From Lama glama (Eukaryota): a DNA stretch of 64,000 nt. The notes under the pieces are model-generated. The model ran no database searches, was not told where the DNA came from, and saw only the letters and a list, made by a program, of their open reading frames with translations. Shown here one piece after another: positions 54,949 through 64,000 of this stretch. Every line of letters starts with the position of its first letter. Positions within the stretch are counted from its first letter, which is position 1. The position numbers and the translations under genes were made by a program. Location of the stretch: NCBI GenBank assembly GCA_028534125.1, contig CM052818.1, positions 32,428,001-32,492,000 of the forward strand, written 5' to 3'.

Positions 54949-55386
54949 TGTAACCAAGCAAGACCCTATGGGGCCTTCCCAGGACAGACCCCTTCCCCCA
55001 TATCCTCTGTTGTACCTCTCTGAAGTACCCAGAGAATAGTTTCTCATGCATGTTTCCTGAGTTTTTCAGATGTTAAAAAAAAACACCACCAAGTGGAAGA
55101 AATTAACTACTTAATGATCATGAGCACATAGCCCCCAGACCTCCTGGTGCCAAAGGATTGATCACCATCAGTCAGACACACACATTGTGCACAGCTGATC
55201 ACATACCCTGGTTTGCCCTTCTCTCAGCTGGTCTTTAAAAATGCTCAGCTGAAACCCTTTGGAGAGTTCGGGGTCTGAGGGGCATGAGACATCCTCAGTT
55301 CTCCCAGCTCAGCCCAGCAATAAACCTTTCTCTGCTCCAAACTCCAAAGCTTCAGAGTCGGGCACACGAACTTGAGCTTGGTAACA
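54949..55386 (+). repeat. 3' LTR of outer provirus
   Basis: Follows the PPT; TG...CA ends; intact AATAAA at 55319-55324. Confidence 0.92.
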
Positions 55387-55390
55387 TTTC

Positions 55391-55510
55391 TGTGGGTCCT
55401 CATAACAATCCAGTGAGGCTGATAGTCTAAAGCCCCTTTCCCAGATGAGGACACTACAGCTTTGACAGAGGCAAAACAGTCAGTCCCAGGTCACACAGCT
55501 AGTAAGGGAC
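55391..55510 (-). mobile_element. MIR SINE split by the outer provirus (other part about 42545-42574)
   Basis: Rejoined flanks read TTTCTAAAGCACTCAC...TCCTCATAACAATCCAGTGAGG...CAGATGAGGACACT...GGTCACACAGCTAGTAAG, a typical MIR core. Confidence 0.7.
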
Positions 55511-56847
55511 CAGCAGGATGAAGCCCAGCTCAGCTCAGCTCAACAGACCACTGAAAAGTGCTCTCACAGCATCTGTGTGCTGTATCTTATTCACTTGGGT
55601 CCATGGATTTGCTGGCCCTTCTCTGACAGGTTCTCCCAAGAAGTTCAAATTTAACTCCTAGAAGCCTGCCTCCCCCAACCCAGGTCCTTAAAGCCTAGCT
55701 CAGGGCAGGTTGGGCTCCCCGCTCTTAGCTGTGTGACCTGGAGTGAGTCACTTAGCATCTCCGAGCCCTCAGCCTTCTCATCTTTAATATGAAGATAACC
55801 TCTCTTGCCTACTGACCACACAGGATGTTGCATCAGTGGAGATCATGTACTTGGACTTGCTCTATTGCACGTAAGGCACTGCCTGATGTTCCATGGGCAG
55901 AGGCTATCTCTCTCCCTAAGTTGTCTCCCCCAGAACTGAGAATGCTCTAGACAAGCATGACTCCTCTCCGCCTCCCCCAGATCCATGCTCTTGTTGCAGG
56001 GAGTCTCAGGGCCGTCCTGATCGGTGGTAGAGAAAACTCCACAGGCATCTGGGTGAACCCTAGTTCAGCTGAGATCAGTCCCCGGAGGCCCCAGTGTTCA
56101 CTGAGCCACGGCAGCATGCTAAGCATCATGCTGCAGACCCTGGGAGTGGGTGCTGAAGGCCCTGCCTCGGGGGCCTCGGGGTTCACTTGGAGACGTGGTA
56201 TAATCAGCGCAGAACAGCATGGTGAATGTGACCCTGCACGAGCTCGCGCTGCTGCAGACGCAGGTATTTCAGGGTTAACGCAGCCCTCAGAGAAGACTTC
56301 CCTGGGCTCAACCCGGCTGTGCTGCGGAAACCAGGCGGGCTGCCAGGCGGGCTGTGTGCCAGAGTTGGGGGATGGCTTTCTGCTCAAAAAAGACAGTGTG
56401 GAAAAGCTGGAGGGGGCTCTTCAACTGCCCAGCATTTTCCTTTTTCAGTCCACTTCAGGTCTAGGTCTTCTTGAAGAAAACAAATTTTTAAAAATATTTT
56501 TAAACATTTAAATAGAGCATTTTTAACACATTGTCCCCCTTGATTTCCTCATAGGCTTGTTTATATTGTTTATACATTTGGGGGTATGTGTTTGGGGCTC
56601 ATTTATACATCTTCAAATGTTTATGAAGGTTGAGGTGGAGGAATGGGCAGAATAAGTGTTGGGGGGGAGCATCTTCCTCTGCTACCCACCCCCCCACCCC
56701 ATCCTGGCTCCTGCGGTTGGGGTTCTCAACCCGCTGCACACTGCACTCTCCCGGGAGCTACAGGTGAGCACCCTGCAGACGCTGCACCCATGCGCAGAAG
56801 TGGACTCATTGGTCTGGCCTGAGGCCCAGGGATCTGCATTTGTTTAA

Positions 56848-57099
<252 letters not shown>

Positions 57100-60000
57100 T
57101 AAGTCTGGGTCACCCTGCTCTTCCCTCGCCTTCTGTGTGATGCTTTGCCCCATGTCTCAAAGTCCCAGCTCTCCCCTTCAGAGCAGAACAATAGGTCTCT
57201 CTTGAGCTATTGGGATGGTTCAGCTTGTTCGTCTCTAAGATGATTACTATGTCAGGGCTTCCTCTGCCCCACGTGTAAAGCGGGCATCATAAAACATCCA
57301 GACCAGCGCCGGAGACCCAGGGGAGCGCTTCCCGACCCCCTGCAGGGGCTGCTGCCTGTGTCTGGCAGGGGAGCTTTCAAGTCCTACATTATATTAACAT
57401 TTCCCTCTTCTAGAAGACTGGGCTCCTTAAGGGAAGCTTAAGTAGTTTATATTTTCACATACCTGACTATGGGTGACTCGAAGGCAAGGACCCTATTTTA
57501 TTTATCTTCAGATCCCTGATGGATAGAGCGGCACAGTAAATATTTATTGGATAAATTATTTTTTTCTAAACTACTCTGAAATGAAGAATATTGATTTTTT
57601 TTAACCTCTGTACTTCATTTCTTCCACTCTATATGATCTTGTATTTAAATGGTGTTTGGACTGGGACATCAAGTTCACGTGTAATGCTAGAGACATTAGA
57701 GATGACACGTATTTCCATGTGCCTGTCGATGACTTTGTAAAGTCAAATAGATTGTTAGGCTCTTTGCAAAGCTCTTCCTAATGATTTGCTCCCAATTTAG
57801 TCAATAACAACCTGGTGAACTAGTAAGCATTTATTAACCCGTCTTTAAAGAGTATAAGACATGTTCCTAATAATTAGAATGTGTAAATACAATGTAGAAA
57901 ATGAGGGAAGCTGTATGAGTTTCAGGGATAGAAAAGCGTAGAAGCAGATGACAAGTTATGCTTTCCTCCCCAATAAAAATGAAGAAGCTAAAGATCAAGA
58001 AATACACTGGCCCAGCTTCCCCAAACCATTCCTAAACCCAGGCCGTGAGCTCACATGGGCTCCTCCTTTGGCTGTCACTTCGTTTCGGTCTTCAGATCGC
58101 CCTCTTGATTCTAAACCGTCCCAGCTCACAGGTCACGGTGCTTGAGAGAAATGAGCAAAAGCAAAGTCAGGCCCAGTTCTTTATGTTCTCACCCAAAGCC
58201 ACTCTGCGTCAAAGCGGGGTCAGCCCTGTCACTGCTGCTCTTGCCCTTTTTGCTGTGTCCAGAACCTTCCAAAAATCTCAGCTCTGGGCTTTATTGTTGC
58301 TCAGACATGACAAGGTTGTGCTCTTTTTGGAATTAGTCCGTGGTTAGAGCCGCTTTCCATCTTTTGTCTACATCCCCTAAGTCAGGGCTCACCTGAGAGC
58401 ACCCCGTTTGGTCACCTTGGTAACTTGGGATCTCTCCTTTTACTTCTCCCTGAGGTCGTCTCTACTTTTTCTGAGATCATTACTACGTTTTATACGTAGT
58501 AACGTACTACTACGTTAGTAGTCACCAAGCATCCCGATTCTCTGGCTGAGGATCAGATCCATCTTTCCTCTGACTTTTTAAAATCTGCTTTCCTAGAGGC
58601 ATGATACATTTTTACTATATCCAGTGCTCTGTTACTGGAGATAAAAAGATAACAGGATGGATAAAGGATCACATGCTCTCAAGATTTCTGTCACTCCAAA
58701 TCTGCGAATAGTCACCAAAGGCCGGAATTAGATTCCACAGTAATAGTTTGTTGCTCCTTTAATCTTTTTTGAGAAATGAGGTTGTCAAAGATTAAATCAA
58801 GAATGTATCAGATGATCTGCTTTATAAGCAAAAGGCAACTATTAGGAGAAATTGTCCATCTCAATCAGAGCTTTTCCTCTGGGCTGACCGGTTTTAGGAA
58901 AGCACCTTTTACATCTCTAACTGGCTGTGAGGTCTGCGGCGCTCCCCCACGACAGGTGACTTCATTATTCCCCTCCTCTAGCCCACATCTGCCTTAAGAG
59001 TCACAGACTCCCATGCACGCACCTCCTGAATTCAGAGTGGAACGCCCCATCAGATCCACACACCCATTTTTCTGTTAGATCTGTTTCCTTTGGACATGGT
59101 TTATTGCCATTTCAAGAAATATGTGTCATGCCGCCAATTCTTGGATTGGTCTCTGATACTACATTACTTTCTTGCCATTAAATTCAAGATCACTTTTTTA
59201 AGCAACCATTCCATGCACATCAACGAAAGACATTTCCAGAGCCATACATACTATTCCTGGTCTCCCTCACTGTATTTCTCTTGAGATGCACTGGCTATAT
59301 ATCCCACTATTTTTCTTCTTTTTGATGTCATGTATGTTATGCTTTCATGGTTTTATTAGGGCATTTTATGCACCATTGTGCCTCAAAAGTCAATTTAAAC
59401 CTTCTGGATGAAGACAGTGGCACTAACAGCTTCCATCTCCCACCCTGACCCACTGTTCTGGCATCCTAAGCCATGACCCCCTAGCCAGATCCTGTGTTTA
59501 ATACAATCCAGTTGTTTATTTTCCATGTCCTTCTTTCTTGACCAAAGATCAGGACCTTCATGAAACCAGTTGAAAATATGAAAACACCACCAAGTAGTAC
59601 TTTTTTCTGTCCAGGAATTAATAGTATTATTAGAGACCCATTCCACACTTCTTCTGACGCATCCTTTGTTCCCACATGCATGTCAGAAATGGGTTAGCAG
59701 TTAGCAAGTAGAAGCTGATGACTCTTGGAAGGCTTCTGATCATACCGTACAGGCGTGCTACCGGAAAACAGGCCATCTGGAGTCGAACAACAAAGAATAC
59801 ACAATAACTTCATAGCTCGACAGAAGTGATTCTTCAGCCACGTAGCCATGATGCCTACAGCCTAGCAAAGGCTTTAGATAAAATCATGGATGTAAGAACC
59901 ATACGGCTGAGTAAAAAATAGAACCAGAAATATTTGGGAATACCTTGTCCTACTTGAATTAGATCATGGAAATCATACTGTTCCAGAACACGCCTTCAAA

Positions 60001-60416
60001 CAACCGCAGAAAGCAGCCAGCAATCTGTACAGAACAGTAGCCTAAAGCCAAATACATTTCTTCTGTCCCTTTATTGTCTTATTTTAGCTTAAGTTTTTTA
60101 ATAAAATCAGGGTAATAATAGCACCTTGTTCCTTATAGGGTTGTGAGAATTAGATATGAAGCATTCAGAGCAATGCTTAGTACACAGTAAAAGGCCAGTA
60201 CATTTCCTAGTTCCTATTATAGTTATTTTCATTATTATTACCCCACTAAACATTTTCAGTCATCTCCACTAATCCTTTTCTATTTCCTGTTAGTTCTGAG
60301 GCCTAGATTTGCTGTGGCTAATTCTTTCATACTGAAGTGTAGTGTAGTAAAGGAAATACAGGGTAGAAAGGAGAACTGTTTGAACTTCAGGTTGGAGGTG
60401 GAAAAACTTGTGATAA

Positions 60417-60575
<159 letters not shown>

Positions 60576-62583
60576 TGAGTAAGGACCGCCAGCACCCATC
60601 AGAGCGCACCTCCTCAACCTCATCCCCTCAAGAGAACGGGACGAGTCGTCTCTGGTGCCTTGTCAACTTGCCACCTAAATGTCACTAAGTTCCTTTTCAG
60701 GACACAGGAAACCTTAATTATTGCTTATGCCTGAAAGGCTGATGCTAGGACCACGCTGCCTCAGTAACTGACACTAAGCTGTTACGTTGTCTTTCTGGTT
60801 CCAAGTCTTTAATCCCGGCATGTTCTGGGACACAGAATAACCCAGATACTTGATATGAGAAAAGTTTCTAAGTAAACTTTAATTACTTAACCCCTTTCCT
60901 CCATGCCCAGGAATTCTAAGCAGCCTGAGCTTCCATGACCCCCAGCAAGAGCACCTAGAACTGGCAGGAAACCGGGCCCTGCTCACTGCTCTTTTCCCAT
61001 TTCTGCCAGGAGACAAGAGACTAGAGGTCAGAGTCCTAAGCTAAGCAAAGTACTTAGCTCAGTTTCATTTATTTTTCCTTGTCATATTCTCAAAGCTACA
61101 TTAAAAACTAAAATTAAAATTTTAATTAAAAAAACCCCACGCCTATTGTATTTTATCTCACTCTTCTCTTCCCAACCCCTGGTTTCTTCTTTGTCTAATT
61201 ATTTACAGTAGGGACTCGCTCCATGAACTGAGCAGGTCGCTCCCTCGCATGGTCACTAATTACACCTTCCCTAATCCGGGGTAGAGTGAGGAAAGATGGT
61301 CACGCAGACCTTCCTCTCTTTGGAGAAGAAGGGAGCCCTTTGAAGGCTGCCCACAGAGCTGGTAGCAATCCCCATGGGGTGAGAATGCTGATGGTATCCT
61401 GGCACCACAGGGTAGCAGCGCATGGAAGATTGTGAGTTAGCAATGTCTTCAGCTGCAGTCATCCACCACTGGTCTCCACTGCATTACACTGGTGATGTTC
61501 CACTTTGCTTTCTTTTACTACCCAGAGTCCCAGTGTTCCTGCTGTGCCTTCTCAGAGCCCCCGGGAGTGCCTGTGCTGTAAGATACAAATGTGACTTCAG
61601 CGAGCCCTCAGTGATTGGCCCCTTCCTCTCCATTCTCAGCTCAGACAGTTCCTAACTCTAGGCTTCACCACCCTCACTTACCTAGTCCCTCAGTTCCCAC
61701 ATGTCCCATGCAATCCCATGTGTCAGGAATGGTCCTCTCTGAGAGCTTCTTGGCCAGTCAGCTCCATCAATGCCCCCCATGAAGCTGTCCCTGTACCTTA
61801 CCCCCACCTTGGGTAGAACAAATCCGTTCTTTGGTCACTGAGTTTCGTACATACCTACATCATCACGTGTTGTGCTGTACTGCCATTGTTTCTTCCACTG
61901 AACCATATCCTTACTTGTGTCCTCAGCATGCAGCAGGGTACGTGACACATACTAAATACTCAGTTCATGTTTGTTGAAGTAATTAATTAATCTAGGCAGC
62001 TGGGGATGGGGGTGCCTCCGATCACCTACCCGGCAGGAGGACACAGGGCAGGGGTGATGGTGGCTTCAGAGGTATCAATTAATTCATAAGCTTTCTATCA
62101 GTGAGCTGCGCTAATAACATCGCTGACCAAAACTAGTAAGTTAACTCATACCTCTGAAGCCAGCTCCCCACTAGCCCTGTGTTCTCCTCGGGGCTGTGCT
62201 GTGGGAGGCAGCTTCCCACCAGCTGCCTGGAGTATTCGCCAAGCGCCTGTGTTCAGTTAGCCATGGTGTGAGGCCATGGAGGACCCCCTTGAGGGAGACA
62301 CCGGCCTGCTCTCAGTTCTCCCATTTTGCATCTAGTGTTCCTGTGGATCATCAGGAACATCAGCACTCATAAGGTTGGGGTAATGTTATTCATTGTGAGT
62401 TATAATGAACAAAACCCATCAGGGAAATCAAACCATCTGCTAGTGGGTATTTTAGTCATTGCATAGGTCTTTTCTTTCCCGCCTCCAGTGGGCTCTTTTG
62501 TCTTCTATCAAATGACACTCAGGTTGCTAACTAAATGATCCGTGTCCCTGCTCTCCTTCTGAATCACGAGAGCCCCTCATTAA

Positions 62584-62799
<216 letters not shown>

Positions 62800-62964
62800 T
62801 GAGTCTTTCTGCTGCCTCCTCCTGGTCTCACTATGGGCCTTATGGTAGAGCTCATGGGCCAAATGATACCACACCCACGTGGGGAAGGTAAGAGGAGAAT
62901 CAGCATCTCTCTACCAGCGGGGCTCGCAGACATGGGCATCTATCAACAGAGCATCAGGGTCATC

Positions 62965-63115
62965 AGAGAGGCTTGGTAGAACACAGGCAAAACACTGGAC
63001 CCCGCCCTGACAGCTTAGGATTCAGAAGGTCTGGGGTGGCTGAGAAGTTGCATTTCTAACAAGTTCCCAGGTGGTGCTGATGCTGCCAGCTGGGGGACCA
63101 CTCGTTGAAAGCCAC
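62965..63115. mobile_element. MER5A-like fragment (others near 8860-8995 and 56715-56920)
   Basis: GATTCAGAAGGTCTGGGGTGG...TGCATTTCTAACAAGTTCCCAGGTGGTGCTGATGCTGC...GGGACCAC. Confidence 0.8.
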
Positions 63116-63339
63116 ACGTAATATTGTAATATAATAATGAAGTTGGGTTTATACCAGGAATGCAGTGTTAAGATTAGAAAAATGGATCAATGAAATTCTC
63201 CACATTGACAGAATAAAGGAGAAAAGGAAATAATTGTCAGCACAAAAGTGCTGCAGGTGACTGGTGAGACCCCTTCTGCAGCTGAAAATAAGTTTGGAAA
63301 ACACTTCCTGTACATTAGCTCTCCAGAACTTACTCCTCC

Positions 63340-63970
63340 TGCGTAGCTGAGAGTTCATACTCCTTGACCAGCTTCTCCCCATTTCGCCTTCCTCCTAGCC
63401 CCCGGCAACCACTGTTCCACTCTCTGCTTCTATGATTCCACTTGTAAGTGAGGTCATGTGGTATTTGTCTTTCTGAGTCTCACTTATTTCCCTTAACAGA
63501 CTGTCCTGTGGGTTCATCTATATTGTTGCAAATGGAAAATTTCCTACTTTTTTTTTTTAATCTTTAAATATCCACATTTCTTTTCTTTTTAAACAAAATT
63601 TATTCTAGGAAGAGCAACTCATTGAGAGATAAAATCATTTAAAAATTTACACATATATACTGTTTACTGTTTCAAAGAAGAGTTTAGAGCTTTAGCTTTT
63701 TAAACTTACATAGTTACCAAAGGAATAAAGCCAACCACAAAATAATCAACAGAATGCAGTAATCCAATCATAAAGGACAGTCAAATGAGCTAACACATAT
63801 TCAAGAAGTCAATCATCTAAGTTATAAATAGGTAGCTCATTTGTGTCTTCGATATCATATGGCATTTTTCTTTCTGCCTTACTTCACCTAGGATGATGAT
63901 CTCCGGGTCCATACGTGTTGCTGCAAATGGCATTATTTTATTCCTTTTTTGTGGCTCAGTAGTATTCCTG
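63340..63970 (-). mobile_element. L1 3' fragments flanking a non-L1 insert
   Basis: CCTAGCCCCCGGCAACCACTGTTCCACTCTCTGCTTCTATGA...GTTCATCTATATTGTTGCAAATGG and GTCCATACGTGTTGCTGCAAATGGCATTATTTTATTC are L1 motifs. Confidence 0.75.
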
Positions 63971-64000
63971 TGTGTGTGTGTGTGTACACACGTGTACGCA

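Larger units (their letters stand above)
42575..55386 (+). mobile_element. Older non-autonomous class I (ERV1-like) provirus, interrupted by two later LTR insertions
   Basis: Direct-repeat LTRs 42575-42976 and 54949-55386 (TGTAAC...GGTAACA); 4-bp TSD TTTC (42571-42574, 55387-55390); degenerate PBS after the 5' LTR; polypurine tract AAAAAAAGAGGGG before the 3' LTR; no long ORF. Confidence 0.92.

Noticed and set aside
55947..56511. Overlapping 146-aa and 184-aa ORFs upstream of exon 24
   Set aside because: No domain similarity or exon structure; GC-rich chance ORFs

Overview
Mammalian genomic DNA, probably camelid judging by two tRNA-derived SINEs of the Vic-1 type. It covers the + strand ALK receptor tyrosine kinase gene from inside intron 11 to inside intron 26. 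Fifteen coding exons (12-26 in human numbering) can be read, all with AG/GT boundaries and one continuous frame. They encode the TNF-like/glycine-rich and EGF-like extracellular region, the transmembrane helix and most of the kinase domain. The main oddity is intron 23 (38055-57000, 18.9 kb), which holds a 12.8-kb nest of endogenous retroviral elements: (1) an older sense-oriented two-LTR provirus (42575-55386, TSD TTTC) that split a MIR; (2) a young antisense two-LTR provirus inside it (45897-53046, TSD GTAG, tRNA-Arg PBS, LTRs about 97-98% identical); (3) a solo LTR of a third family (53678-54140, TSD GTTT). The two proviruses have related, non-coding internal regions in opposite orientation, which creates kb-scale inverted homology in the ALK pre-mRNA. 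Intron 19 keeps an LTR16-like element where the human ALK-ATI promoter lies, and exon 24 encodes Gln at the position of human R1231. The rest is ordinary intronic repeat content (L1, L2, MIR, MER5/MER20, MLT1, microsatellites). Almost all ORF-track entries are chance ORFs. Repeat-family names and human comparisons come from recall, not from a database search.
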